Under the pieces are notes generated by a model, which was not told the origin of the DNA, ran no database searches, and saw only the letters and a program-made list of their open reading frames with translations. Positions 1 to 10,297 of a stretch of DNA of 64,000 nt are shown piece by piece. The translations under genes were made by a program, and so were the position numbers. Position 1 is the first letter of the stretch. Each line of letters starts with the position of its first letter. Source of the stretch: Candidatus Woesearchaeota archaeon (lineage in GTDB: Archaea; Nanobdellota; Nanobdellia; Woesearchaeales; SKGA01); assembly GCA_016926395.1 (NCBI GenBank), contig JAFGOT010000014.1:24556-88555 (forward strand), written 5' to 3'.

Positions 1-1751
1 TGAATTAACAGATTAAACGCGGGATACACATAACCATAGTCCCAACCAGCACCAAATTTTTTATCATAATAATCAATTAAAGCTTTGGTTTCTAGGTCTG
101 GACGTGATAATGGAAGACCAATCATGGCAACAACTTTTAATTCGTCGCCTGGGAGATCAATACCTTCGCTGAAATTTCCACCAATAACTCCTAAAAGAAC
201 TGCGCCTGTTTTTTTATACTTTTTAAAATTCGCAATTGTTTCTTCTTTCTCAGAACCATTCATTTCTTGACGTTCATGAAAAACGGTTTTTTCAATCTTT
301 GAAAGATATTTATCAATTTCATCTTTTAGATGATAGCTTGGAAAGAATATTGCACTATTACCTGGAGTTGTATTTGCAATATTAGTAACTATTTCTGCAA
401 TTTCTCTATATTGACTTTCTGAACGTTTAGTGAATTTGGTTGAAGTTTTGGCAATAACCATATTAAGACGATTTTCCTCAGGGAAAGGAGATGGAAACGT
501 CTCTTCACGAGCTTCTTTTGGAAATCCAAGAAGTTCTTTGTACATAGTAGTGGGGGTTAAAGTTCCGCTCATAACAATGGTTGAGTGAGCTTGATCAATA
601 ACTTCTTTAGAAATAAGGGATGGATCTAAACAACGATAGGATAGGGTGATGTTCTCTTGACCGTTTCTTTTTTCACGACTAATAATTCTTGTAAAACCTA
701 AATCGTCACCAAGCCAAGCATCAAGAAAAGAAGCAATACTGCCAATAGCGGATTGTTTTTGTTCTTCACGAATATTATCGGCAACATTATAGAACTCTTC
801 AATAATCTCTTGATAGTTAATTATTTCATTAATGCGTTTTATGAAAATTTCTTTATTAACATAAATTTCATCTTCTCCATCAGGCATCATGTTTGCAAGA
901 ACAGAAGCAATACGTTCGATAACAGTTCCAACATTTTCATAGTTATATTTCTTAGCTTCTCCCATTGCACGTTTTAAAATTCCCATCGATATTTTTTCGG
1001 AAGCTAAATCTTTAATACGGCTTGGGAGATTATGACCTTCATCAATAATTATTATTGAGTCATGAAGATTAATGTCATTTTTTTTAAGAAAATTTTCTCT
1101 AATCTTAGGATGGAACAAATAATAATAATCGGTAATAATAACATTTGACTTTGCAGCAAGAAGCATGGCAATCTCATAGGGACAAACTTTATGATTCCCT
1201 CCAATTTCAACAATCTCTTCAACAGTAACTGGACTTAGGTTGTCAAGTTCAGACATTGCAACCTGTGAATCAGCACTTAGAGCTTCGCCGTTTTTTAAAT
1301 TTTCAAAATATTCGCACTTTTTATCTTCACGCATAGCACGACAATATTCATTAAACTCATTAGTTGCAAGAATAGAAACGCCTGGTTGAATACACATCCA
1401 TTTCTTACCAACAATATCTGTGCCCTTAATTTTAATATTCTGTTTTGAAGAAATTTCTTTAAGAGTTTGAATGGCAATACGATGTTGAGTGTTTCTTGGA
1501 GTTAGAAAAAAAACTACTTTATTATTATCGAGAGCATACTTTAGAGTTGGAGCAATACTTGCAGCAGTTTTACCAAGGCCTGTTGGAGCGTGAATGATTG
1601 CATTTCCTTTTTTCTCAATTTCCTTAAGGATAGATTTAATCATTTCTTCCTGAATTGGACGCATAGAATCATAAGGAAAAAGAATGTTATGTTCAAGTTT
1701 TTTAGAAGGTTCTTTAATAAGTCCTGTATCTGGATCACGCTGTTCAAACAT
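1..1751 (-). CDS. xpd: XPD/Rad3-family (DinG-like) FeS DNA helicase, 3' end beyond window
   Basis: Manual minus-strand translation from ATG at 1749-1751 gives MFEQRD...HAPTGLGKT (Walker A), four Cys in the helicase insert typical of the XPD FeS domain, and IIIDEGHNL (DEAH-like box). The ORF stays open to position 1, so it is not in the supplied ORF track. Confidence 0.8.
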   Translation of the reverse strand, partial: MFEQRDPDTGLIKEPSKKLEHNILFPYDSMRPIQEEMIKSILKEIEKKGNAIIHAPTGLGKTAASIAPTLKYALDNNKVVFFLTPRNTQHRIAIQTLKEISSKQNIKIKGTDIVGKKWMCIQPGVSILATNEFNEYCRAMREDKKCEYFENLKNGEALSADSQVAMSELDNLSPVTVEEIVEIGGNHKVCPYEIAMLLAAKSNVIITDYYYLFHPKIRENFLKKNDINLHDSIIIIDEGHNLPSRIKDLASEKISMGILKRAMGEAKKYNYENVGTVIERIASVLANMMPDGEDEIYVNKEIFIKRINEIINYQEIIEEFYNVADNIREEQKQSAIGSIASFLDAWLGDDLGFTRIISREKRNGQENITLSYRCLDPSLISKEVIDQAHSTIVMSGTLTPTTMYKELLGFPKEAREETFPSPFPEENRLNMVIAKTSTKFTKRSESQYREIAEIVTNIANTTPGNSAIFFPSYHLKDEIDKYLSKIEKTVFHERQEMNGSEKEETIANFKKYKKTGAVLLGVIGGNFSEGIDLPGDELKVVAMIGLPLSRPDLETKALIDYYDKKFGAGWDYGYVYPAFNLLI

Positions 1752-1856
1752 AGAATAAAACAGAAAAGAGCTTAGTTTAAAAAGGTTATGAGGGTTCGAC
1801 CACTGTATTCTTAGGATGTTTTACATATTTGGGAAAAGAACGAGGGGCGAGATAAT

Positions 1857-2564
1857 TTACTTTTTCTCTTTTAATTTTTGATTGTATTTGTCTACGTGGG
1901 TTTTGATTTGTTTTTGAGCGTTCTCAAACCATTTACTTGCGTTACTTTTCGCTTTTTTTGTATCTTCTTCTATTTTAGAAAGATGTTGTTGAAGTTTGAT
2001 AGAATAATCGTTATTCGCAGCCACGGGGTCCTCAAGAGTTTGACCATATTTTTGAAAAAACATTGAGGCAGTAAGGGGTTGTTCGCTCTTAGGATCAGGT
2101 TTTTCAGCAGCATAACCAACAGTTATAATGGCTTCAACACGAGCTTTACCTTCCGCACCAAATAATTTATCAACGCCTTCTTGATTAAATCCTCCAACCC
2201 AACAAGTATCTAGATTCATATCTTTTGCAGCCAAGAGTATGTTTTGAGTTGCAGCTGCAGCATTTTGAGTTGAAAAAACATGACGACCACGTTCACCAAA
2301 CCATTTAGCTTGAACTTGTGGTTGTGAACAAACAACAATAACTGCAGGAGCTGTTGCAATCCAGTATTGGTCCATGCAAAGCTCTGGAAGTTTGTTAATT
2401 ATTCCTTGTTCAGTGCAAACAATAAATCTTAAGTCTTGCAGGTTACCTGCAGTAGGAGCTTTAATGCCCATTTCAACAAGAATCATCAAATCTTCTTTAT
2501 CAATAGTCTTTGATTTATACGAACGAATACTACGACGAGAAACAATTGCTTTAATTACATCCAT
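1857..2564 (-). CDS. nitroreductase-family oxidoreductase with Lys-rich C-terminal extension
   Basis: N-terminus MDVIKAIVSRRSIRSY is the typical nitroreductase start. The second Met is chosen because it gives a 1-nt overlap with the upstream gene stop. Confidence 0.65.
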   Translation of the reverse strand: MDVIKAIVSRRSIRSYKSKTIDKEDLMILVEMGIKAPTAGNLQDLRFIVCTEQGIINKLPELCMDQYWIATAPAVIVVCSQPQVQAKWFGERGRHVFSTQNAAAATQNILLAAKDMNLDTCWVGGFNQEGVDKLFGAEGKARVEAIITVGYAAEKPDPKSEQPLTASMFFQKYGQTLEDPVAANNDYSIKLQQHLSKIEEDTKKAKSNASKWFENAQKQIKTHVDKYNQKLKEKK

Positions 2565-2926
2565 TATCGCAACCTCGCACCACACATATGGCAAAAATTA
2601 GATGTTGAATAATTTCTAGAACGACATTTAGAGCAAAGGATTATTGTTTTTTCACCGACAGGGGGATTAGTAACAGAAATATTTGTGAATTGATTAGCAA
2701 CCTGTTCTTCTTCTTTTTTTAAACTTGGCTTATCTTTGCTCATTAAATGTTTAATAAGACCAACAACGAAGAATAAAAAACCAATGGCTGCAAAAACATA
2801 CATAAGGTCTTTGTTAGTATCTGGAACTGTCCAAGTAATGAATAAAGCGTAGAGAGCGATAGCTAAACCTAAAACGATGAAAACGATTGGATTGATTGGT
2901 CTTTTAGGTCTAGGAGGTTTATCCAT
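2564..2926 (-). CDS. small membrane protein with C-terminal zinc ribbon
   Basis: Hydrophobic helices followed by CSKCRSRN...CHMCGARL. Confidence 0.4.
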   Translation of the reverse strand: MDKPPRPKRPINPIVFIVLGLAIALYALFITWTVPDTNKDLMYVFAAIGFLFFVVGLIKHLMSKDKPSLKKEEEQVANQFTNISVTNPPVGEKTIILCSKCRSRNYSTSNFCHMCGARLR

Positions 2927-2936
2927 TTTATTTCTC

Positions 2937-3596
2937 TTATGCGGCTTTTTTTATTTTTTCAAGGCCTTCTTCTAGCTCTTGTTCTTCTTTTTTGATTTTA
3001 ACTTCAAGTTGAATGATTGCTTGTGTTATTAAATAAACTTGTTTAAGTTGAATCAATGCTCGTCCAACCATTGCTAAAGCGTCCATTATTTGAGATTTAT
3101 TGTTGAATTTACTATCTGAAAGAATAGTTAGATGGTATAATGCTTGTTTAATTGTGTGCTTGTTATTTTCAATAAGTTCAATAACTCTTTCTTCGTCCCT
3201 AGTGATTTCTTTTTCTTCAACAGTGAGGATTGTTATTTTTTTAGCTTCGTCACCAGAAGCGTCTTTAGTTATTTTTAGACGATGGTCTTTAAATCGAGAG
3301 ATTGTTTTTTCACCTAATTTTTTTATTTTAGCATCTTTATCTGTGATGTGTGCTAAATCCCTGATTATGTGTTTTGCTTCGTTTTGAACATGTTCCATTT
3401 GGCCAATTTGTTCAATGTTTTGAATATTTTTGCTTAGGTTCTCAAGAAGTCGAGAGTTGTGAAATAATTCAGCAGCTGGTTCTTTAAGTTCATTAGCAAC
3501 ATCAATTTGACTTTCAATTGAACTTAACGCTTTTTTATTTATTTCAATAATTCTTTTAAGCATTTTTTCCATAAACAATACTTTATACCTTTTCAT
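2937..3596 (-). CDS. hypothetical coiled-coil protein
   Basis: Long ORF with charged heptad-like sequence and no recognisable catalytic motif. Confidence 0.4.
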   Translation of the reverse strand: MKRYKVLFMEKMLKRIIEINKKALSSIESQIDVANELKEPAAELFHNSRLLENLSKNIQNIEQIGQMEHVQNEAKHIIRDLAHITDKDAKIKKLGEKTISRFKDHRLKITKDASGDEAKKITILTVEEKEITRDEERVIELIENNKHTIKQALYHLTILSDSKFNNKSQIMDALAMVGRALIQLKQVYLITQAIIQLEVKIKKEEQELEEGLEKIKKAA

Positions 3597-3704
3597 TTAA
3601 AAACGTTTCCAGTTTGAAACGAGGGCTAATTTATATTTAACAATAATTTTAAATACTTCAAATTACCAGAAACACTAAGAATTAAGGCTTATGAGGGATT
3701 TTAG

Positions 3705-4079
3705 ATGGGAATCGATTTAACTCCAAGGTGCGTGAAATGCGGACGAGAATTAGACGTTACACAAATGAGAGCTTTACCAGACAATAAAGGGTTTGTTTGT
3801 AAAAGCTGTTACGAACAAGGATCTGCCCCCCCCTCGCCATTTACTGTTAACAAAGACAGATTAAGACCTATTCCCAATGAACCAACTACTTCTAGAAAAA
3901 GAGATGATGACTATGTTGCTAGGGGAGATGACATATTTAACCAAAAAGAGTATGTTTGTAATTCTTGTGGTTATCAATTCAAAAAAAGCTCTGACTTTGT
4001 GGTAAAAGTTTGTCCCTACTGTGGAAAACGAGATGTAGGACAAAAAATAGAACAAAACGCAGACATATTATTGGATTGA
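3705..4079 (+). CDS. double zinc-ribbon protein
   Basis: Two CxxC...CxxC pairs: CVKCG...CKSCY and CNSCG...CPYCG. Confidence 0.45.
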   Translation: MGIDLTPRCVKCGRELDVTQMRALPDNKGFVCKSCYEQGSAPPSPFTVNKDRLRPIPNEPTTSRKRDDDYVARGDDIFNQKEYVCNSCGYQFKKSSDFVVKVCPYCGKRDVGQKIEQNADILLD

Positions 4080-4120
4080 GGAAAACTTAATCTGCAACGG
4101 TTATACCGCGTATATTCTTT

Positions 4121-4146
4121 TTTTTTATAAAAACATTTATATATAG
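4121..4146 (+). promoter_or_regulatory. A/T-rich TATA-box-like element upstream of pilin-like gene
   Basis: tttataaaaacatttatatata lies 20-45 nt upstream of the ATG at 4166, the archaeal promoter spacing expected for a leaderless or short-leader transcript. Confidence 0.25.
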
Positions 4147-4165
4147 AATTTATTAGATTTAAAGC

Positions 4166-4942
4166 ATGGTGTGCGGTAAAAAAGGTCAAATTACTTTGTT
4201 TGTAATAATTGGAATAATTATTCTATTAGTTGCTGGTGTATTTATTTATACTGGGAATCGTGTTAATGGTTCTGACTTTGTTGATAGTATTCTTGATGGT
4301 AGAAACGATCGAAGTTTAGAAGGGTATGTGCAAAGTTGCATGTCGACCGTTGGAAAAGATGCTGTGATGCAGATAACACTCCAAGGGGGGTATTATGAAT
4401 TAGAACTGCCATATTTCAATGCATACTTACTAAGTTCTCCTTATTATCTAAACGAAGGTTTAGTTGAAAACATACCTAGTATAGACACTGTAGAAAGTAA
4501 CCTTGCAAAATACGTTTTTGCAAACCTTCACTCTTGTGTTGGCGAATTTACAGGAGTAAAAAATTATGAACTGATAAACATGACTGCACCAACAATTGAT
4601 GTGCACATCGAAGCTGATGGAGTAACTTTTGTAGTTGATTATGATGCATATTTTAATGATGGAGATAATATTAAAGAAATACAAGCAGTAACTTATAAAT
4701 ATCCCGTTAGAATACCAACATATCTTAATATATCTAAATTATTGGTTGAAAGTTATCTTTATGATCGAGAAGTAAATTATGATGATTTACTTGAAATTTC
4801 TGGAGAATATAATATTGACATATTAACATTTGACTATGGAAATAGCATGTCGTTTGTTTTAGTAGACAAAAATAAAGAATACTATTTTGAGGATGATAAA
4901 CCAGTGATATATACCTTTGCAATAGAAGGAGGGATGATATAA
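4166..4942 (+). CDS. class III signal peptide (archaeal type IV pilin-like) protein
   Basis: N-terminus MVCGKKGQ followed by a long hydrophobic stretch, the KG-Q prepilin pattern. Confidence 0.5.
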   Translation: MVCGKKGQITLFVIIGIIILLVAGVFIYTGNRVNGSDFVDSILDGRNDRSLEGYVQSCMSTVGKDAVMQITLQGGYYELELPYFNAYLLSSPYYLNEGLVENIPSIDTVESNLAKYVFANLHSCVGEFTGVKNYELINMTAPTIDVHIEADGVTFVVDYDAYFNDGDNIKEIQAVTYKYPVRIPTYLNISKLLVESYLYDREVNYDDLLEISGEYNIDILTFDYGNSMSFVLVDKNKEYYFEDDKPVIYTFAIEGGMI

Positions 4943-4943
4943 A

Positions 4944-7900
4944 ATGAAAAAACTAATTGTGTTAATATTAATGTTCCTTCTTAGTTTGGCGATTGTCAAT
5001 GCAGCTGTTCAAACACCTGAGATTACAACCCCTCTTAATGTAATTCCTTTCACTGTTTTTAGTGCTCAACTGGTTGAATCTGGATTGGTAACGCCCATTA
5101 TAACTGAAGTTGAAAGTCCAAAATTAGGATATGGTCCAGTTGGTGCTGTAGTTGATGATTTTTATGTTAATAATATTGCATTTTCAATAACTGATTTATT
5201 ATCTTCAGGATTTGTGTCGATGGAAGTTTATGAAAACGAAATAATTCTAAAAACATCTGATTCAAAATCTCTAACTTTAATTAGTCACACTCAAAAACCA
5301 ATAAAAATATCTAACTTTCAAGGTTTTGGAGATTTTACGCTTGGTGAAAAAACATTTGGTTTAAAGTCCGGAGTAACTAACATATTAGTTGACGTGTTTG
5401 ATGAAAATAAGTTTGTAACTTTAGTTGTTGATAAAGATAAGAATATTTATGCGATGCCTTTAGAACTTTCTAAATCTATTTATTTAGGTGAAGCATTAAA
5501 ACAAGGTGAATATTATTTTATTAATATATTTGTGGATGAAAAGTATTCGTTTAAGACAAAATCAGAAGATATCTTAGCTGATCCAACAAATTCTTCTAGT
5601 CTTTTGAATTATTACTTTGCTTTCAAAAGTTCTTTTGAAAATGAGAATGCAGGCGAATATATGTCAACAGTTCCTTTTCTAAAATCAGATGGAACTGTTT
5701 TTGGTTTTGCAAATGGAAACAAAAAAATAAATAATGAACTAGTAATCTCATCTGATGGGGGGAATAAACCTGATTATGTTTTTAATCCAATAGATAAATC
5801 TGTTTATTTGATTGAAGATAATTATCCAACTTCAATATTTGCTGTGAAATTTCCTGATGGTGTAGATTCTAAAGCATCTCTAATTGATGTTAGTGATAAC
5901 AATTATTATTTAGCACAACTAGAAACAAACGTACAAAAAGAAGAGGGCTATACTTTTAGTCCAAGACTAACATTACAATTTTCTAATTTTCCAGGAGTGG
6001 AAATGTTAAGTGCGTCATTTGTAAGAGAAAAAGATGGAAAATTATACAATGATCCTTACTCTTCATGGAAAGGGGAATTCTGTGAGAATCAAGTAGAGTT
6101 AAAAAATAAAGCAGTATCTTCAATAGGTGTAACTTACTTAGCAAATGAGTGTGAAGGTTCAATATTTAGTTTGACTCCCTCCAACACAATAGAAAACGGC
6201 GATTTAACGAGTTCTCTAAGAGATAAAAAAACTGAAACTATTGCTTTTGGAAGCAGTGCATTTAGATTATTAAGATATGACTTATTGTCTTTTCAAAAAG
6301 GAGTAGTTAAACATGAACCGATGGGTTTTACAAAACCTCTTCTTGTCTGGGGAGCTCCTGATAAAATATTAACATATTATGATGGTGCTGGAAACTTAGC
6401 TTGTTTAGTGGTTCCTCCAATGAGAAGTTCTGTTATGAAACTAACGGGAAAGGGAGGACAACTTGATACTAGTTCAAAAGTTCCTGTTGTATTAGCATTT
6501 TCACAAGATGCAGTAAAAGTGTGTTCAAGTAAAAAAATTGTAGATGACTTAATTAGTGTTGGTTATAGTGTAGATATAAAAGATTCAAGATCTTTGCCTT
6601 ATGTTTCTTATAGTTTAACATCAGAAACACTAAACCCAAACAATATTCCTGCAATAGATACTTCTGTTAAACAAGCATCAACAAAATTAAATGAATTGAT
6701 GTTAAAACAACAACTACCAATAGTTCTTGTGAAAGAAAATTTTGAAATTACTCCTTTATCAGGTCCAATTTATATTGAAACCACTCTTAATGGCTTTGAT
6801 GGGGTAATAAATACTATTACTGATCCTAAGGTTGTTAAAGAGCTTAACAAAGAAAAAACAACTGGTGAAACAGGAAATATACTAAATGATTTTAAACAAA
6901 AAAATCCTGATGTAGTTAACTATTTTAATCAAAAGGAAGAACCTATTGTAAATCAAAATTCTAATAATAAAAAAGAAGATTTATCCGATAAAGAAGTTGT
7001 AAAAGAAAAAACTGAAGAATTCAAAAAACCAAAAAATGAAGAAGCATCAACAAAAGAAAAATACACTCAAGCATCTAATGTTATAACTTCTTCTCTTCCA
7101 GGAAATAGTGTTAATTTAAATGATGGTTTAAATAAACTCTTAAACGATCCTGCTTTGTTTTCTGATATTAATAAAATGGCGGATTTGCTTGGTTTGCTTG
7201 AATCAACAAATAACGAACAAAAAATAAAAACTGCTACGATAGATGAAAACACTAATGTAATAACTAATGGAAAAAATGTTGTAGTCTCAAAAAAAGTAAA
7301 ATCCAAACAAGAAATGATAAATGATCAACACAAAGAAATACTTACTAATGTTGCTAATAAACGAGGTGTTGATTACGAAGTTGTAAGAAAGGAATGGAAA
7401 GAAGGAAAAATTAATGCTTTTGATTTGAAAGGTGATGATGTTTATGATAATTACAAAAATGATGTTAAACAATTAAACGATATTGTGAATGAAAATTATG
7501 AAGAAGTAGAAGCAGAAGTGGATAATTATGTTCAAAGAACAGAACGTGAAAAAGTAATTCCAATCCAAGCGAGAGGAAATGCTCTTGTTGTAGCTTATGT
7601 TTCCGAAAATGAAGCGAAAAAACACGGGGCTAATTTTGCTTTTGAACTTGAAAACATGATTAATCTAATAAAAAAAGCAAATGATTTGAATATTCCTGTG
7701 TTTATTATTGAACAAGAATCTCAGAATGTAACTATCAAAAATGACGGCAAAAATAAAGTCGTGCAATGGCAAGAATTTGATGTTCTAAAAGAAATAAATG
7801 CTTTAATGGTTCCTGAAACATGGACTTTTGTAAGTTCTAAAAACGATGTTGGTTCCATATTTGATAATTCAAATCTTGGAGAATTATTAAAAGAAAACAA

Positions 7901-8972
7901 CATTGATACTATTACTTTAGCTGGTTGGGATCAACAATTTGCACTAAGAGAAACAATAATTGACGCTAAAGAAAAAGGCTATAGAATATTTACTAGTTTT
8001 GATATCATACAAGGTTCAATAATTGGTGAACAAGAAAAAGTACGAGATCGAAAAGAAAAACAAAGATGGGAAGATAGTCAGCTAACACCTTTTGAAAAAG
8101 GAACGAGTGAATATGTTTCTGTTAATAAAGGAAAAACATTATTTAAAACAATAGACAGTGATGCAAGAAACGGAAACACAGGAGAAATAGTGGAGAGATA
8201 CAGTCCTGAGTCATTACTTAAATTTTATGAACAAAATACTAACTTAGTTGATTCATACAAGCAAATTCCTTTCTACTCTTTAGAACCAACTTATGAAGAT
8301 GTTGTAATAAGAGAAGAGAAAATAAAACCAAAAACTTCAAGCACAACAACGGCTGCTGACAAACCAACTCCAAAAGTTGATGAAAAAGAAGTTTTAAAAC
8401 AAAAACAAGACTTAATACGTCAAGAACAAGAGAAAAATCTAAAGAAAATAAAAATTCAAAGAGACTTGATGACAGAAAGAATTGAAGCAGTATGTTATGG
8501 TTATGAATTAAAGGGAATTGGTAAAAACCAAATAGCTGTTCAAGCATATCCTGATTTTAGTTCGGACCCAAAAATAGAACGAGAATGTGATAATTGGAAA
8601 TCAATAAACGGTGGTCGAAGAAGTGTTAGTGATGTTCCTTCTAATTTGCAATATGCTGGTTATGATGCTGATTTAGCAGAATGGAACTCTTTACTAGCTG
8701 AACGAGATAATTTGATGAAACAAGCAAGGGATCCTTCTAAAGTTTTAGCTTATACTGATGGCGACTATGAAATTATTGAATGTACTTGCAGTCCAACTGG
8801 AAAATGTTCTTATCCAAGCAATCTTTTGGGAGTGACTTGCGAGACTTGTTGCGCTTCCGGAGACCAATTTGGTGATTATAAAATTATAGAATGTACTTGT
8901 GCTTCAGGAAGTAAATGTTCTTATCCAAGCAATTTACTTGGTGGCTCATGTGAAAAATGCTGCAAAGCATAA
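4944..8972 (+). CDS. large secreted surface protein (1342 aa) with C-terminal tandem Cys-rich repeat
   Basis: Sec-type signal MKKLIVLILMFLLSLAIVNA; Asn/Lys-rich; ends with two ~30-aa modules IIECTC..KCSYPSNLLG..CE.CC; starts 2 nt after the pilin-like gene. Confidence 0.6.
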   Translation: MKKLIVLILMFLLSLAIVNAAVQTPEITTPLNVIPFTVFSAQLVESGLVTPIITEVESPKLGYGPVGAVVDDFYVNNIAFSITDLLSSGFVSMEVYENEIILKTSDSKSLTLISHTQKPIKISNFQGFGDFTLGEKTFGLKSGVTNILVDVFDENKFVTLVVDKDKNIYAMPLELSKSIYLGEALKQGEYYFINIFVDEKYSFKTKSEDILADPTNSSSLLNYYFAFKSSFENENAGEYMSTVPFLKSDGTVFGFANGNKKINNELVISSDGGNKPDYVFNPIDKSVYLIEDNYPTSIFAVKFPDGVDSKASLIDVSDNNYYLAQLETNVQKEEGYTFSPRLTLQFSNFPGVEMLSASFVREKDGKLYNDPYSSWKGEFCENQVELKNKAVSSIGVTYLANECEGSIFSLTPSNTIENGDLTSSLRDKKTETIAFGSSAFRLLRYDLLSFQKGVVKHEPMGFTKPLLVWGAPDKILTYYDGAGNLACLVVPPMRSSVMKLTGKGGQLDTSSKVPVVLAFSQDAVKVCSSKKIVDDLISVGYSVDIKDSRSLPYVSYSLTSETLNPNNIPAIDTSVKQASTKLNELMLKQQLPIVLVKENFEITPLSGPIYIETTLNGFDGVINTITDPKVVKELNKEKTTGETGNILNDFKQKNPDVVNYFNQKEEPIVNQNSNNKKEDLSDKEVVKEKTEEFKKPKNEEASTKEKYTQASNVITSSLPGNSVNLNDGLNKLLNDPALFSDINKMADLLGLLESTNNEQKIKTATIDENTNVITNGKNVVVSKKVKSKQEMINDQHKEILTNVANKRGVDYEVVRKEWKEGKINAFDLKGDDVYDNYKNDVKQLNDIVNENYEEVEAEVDNYVQRTEREKVIPIQARGNALVVAYVSENEAKKHGANFAFELENMINLIKKANDLNIPVFIIEQESQNVTIKNDGKNKVVQWQEFDVLKEINALMVPETWTFVSSKNDVGSIFDNSNLGELLKENNIDTITLAGWDQQFALRETIIDAKEKGYRIFTSFDIIQGSIIGEQEKVRDRKEKQRWEDSQLTPFEKGTSEYVSVNKGKTLFKTIDSDARNGNTGEIVERYSPESLLKFYEQNTNLVDSYKQIPFYSLEPTYEDVVIREEKIKPKTSSTTTAADKPTPKVDEKEVLKQKQDLIRQEQEKNLKKIKIQRDLMTERIEAVCYGYELKGIGKNQIAVQAYPDFSSDPKIERECDNWKSINGGRRSVSDVPSNLQYAGYDADLAEWNSLLAERDNLMKQARDPSKVLAYTDGDYEIIECTCSPTGKCSYPSNLLGVTCETCCASGDQFGDYKIIECTCASGSKCSYPSNLLGGSCEKCCKA
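8763..8969 (+). repeat. tandem direct repeat (~100 nt period) encoding duplicated Cys-rich module
   Basis: attgaatgtacttg...aaatgttcttatccaagcaat occurs twice in the nucleotide sequence. Confidence 0.7.
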
Positions 8973-8998
8973 TTTTTATTTTTTTTAATTCTTTTTTA
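8973..8998. terminator. oligo-T/A tract between convergent genes
   Basis: taatttttattttttttaattctttttt between the + gene ending at 8972 and minus-strand serS ending at 9023; archaeal terminators are oligo-T tracts. Confidence 0.3.
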
Positions 8999-9022
8999 GA
9001 AATAAATAATAAAAATAAAAAC

Positions 9023-10297
9023 CTATTTACTAGGTCTTATTTCTGTTATTCCCATCATGTAAGGATGAAGGACTTTAGGAATAGAAACACTGCCATCTTC
9101 GTTTTGGAAAGTTTCAAGAATAGTAACTAAACCACGAGATGTTGCAATAGCGGTATTGTTAAGAGTGTGAGGAGTAAACTTCTCGCCCTTATCCTCAGCT
9201 CTAATTCCAAGACCTCTAGCTTGATGAGTGGTAAGATTAGAACAACTACCAACTTCAATCCATTCATCTCGACGAGGAGAATAAACTTCAACATCATATT
9301 GTATGTGTTTTAGAACTCCAAGGTCGCCAGTACAAATTTGAAGAGTACGAGTAGGAAGACCAAGAGAAGTAAAAATCTCAACAGTAATTCCCCACATTTC
9401 ATCAAAGAACTTCATAGATTCTTCAGGCTTACAAATAACAACCATCTCAACCTTATTGAACTGGTGAGTTCTGAATAATCCTTTTTCGTCAAGGCCATGA
9501 CTGCCTTTTTCTCGACGGAAACACATAGAGTAAGAAGTGTGCTTTATAGGAAGTTTCTGTGCCGGGATAAGTTGACCAACATAACGACCAATAAGAGCAT
9601 GTTCAGAAGTACCTATTAAGTATAAGTCTTCATCTTCAATCTTGTAAATCATAGCTTCCTGGTCATTAAGATCAGTAACAAAGTCAATGATATTTTTTCT
9701 AAGCATCAGAGGAGTTTCAACATAGTGAAAACCTTTTTTATGCATAGTTTCAATAGCATAACGAATAAGAGCCTGATTTAGCAAAGCAAGTTCACCTTCC
9801 AAATAATAAAAACCAGCACCAGAAGTCTTAGCAGAAGATTCAAAATCAGCAACGCCTAAATCTTCAGCAAGAATTTGATGAGGTTTAACTTCTTTTTTAA
9901 CAGGCTCAGGTCCAAAACGTTTAACTTCAACATTTTCACTATCGTCTTTTCCTTGAGGAACAGATTCATGCATAAGATTAGGGATTTTCTTTAACTGAAG
10001 CTTGATTTCTTCGTATAATTTGTCAGCCTTATCTTCAATATCCTTAATTTCTTGAGGGATGGACTTAGCTCTCTCTAAAGCTTCACTAGCATCTTTACCC
10101 GCTTTTTTAAGATCGTTAATCTCTTTAGAGACTTTATTACGTTCAGAACGAAGGTCGTCAGCTTGTTTTTTAAGAGTACGCCATTCTTGATCGGAAGAAG
10201 AGACTACATCGACTATGGAGGTATCTGCATAGCCCTTCCTAATCATGTTGTCTTTAACTACTTGAGGTTCTTCTCGAATCAAGTTTATATCCATCAT
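9023..10297 (-). CDS. serS: seryl-tRNA synthetase
   Basis: N-terminal coiled-coil arm plus class II core motifs (FRRE.., GLPTRTLQICTGDLG, SCSNLTTHQARGLGIR). Confidence 0.95.
   Translation of the reverse strand: MMDINLIREEPQVVKDNMIRKGYADTSIVDVVSSSDQEWRTLKKQADDLRSERNKVSKEINDLKKAGKDASEALERAKSIPQEIKDIEDKADKLYEEIKLQLKKIPNLMHESVPQGKDDSENVEVKRFGPEPVKKEVKPHQILAEDLGVADFESSAKTSGAGFYYLEGELALLNQALIRYAIETMHKKGFHYVETPLMLRKNIIDFVTDLNDQEAMIYKIEDEDLYLIGTSEHALIGRYVGQLIPAQKLPIKHTSYSMCFRREKGSHGLDEKGLFRTHQFNKVEMVVICKPEESMKFFDEMWGITVEIFTSLGLPTRTLQICTGDLGVLKHIQYDVEVYSPRRDEWIEVGSCSNLTTHQARGLGIRAEDKGEKFTPHTLNNTAIATSRGLVTILETFQNEDGSVSIPKVLHPYMMGITEIRPSK

Noticed and set aside
3100-3387. Antisense or shadow ORFs inside long genes (3100-3387, 3861-4055, 4460-4684, 4734-4922, 7067-7472, 7721-7903, 8239-8547, 12321-12602, 18817-19166, 21632-21928, 22042-22335, 23255-23515, 26692-26889, 27267-27473, 27957-28235, 31072-31398, 31581-31811, 32923-33105, 33367-33549, 34658-34937, 39866-40195, 41219-41443, 42164-42472, 44128-44313, 45712-46269, 47749-47952, 49781-49987, 53200-53574, 56198-56563, 57513-58210, 59353-59604)
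   Set aside because: All lie within, on the opposite strand of or out of frame with, genes that have strong motif support. Their products are low-complexity or hydrophobic read-through of AT-rich sequence.
6900-7900. Isochorismatase-like domain inside the 1342-aa surface protein
   Set aside because: The resemblance is only in the fold-level pattern; the catalytic Cys/Lys/Asp triad is not identifiable. It is kept as a low-confidence remark, not a feature.
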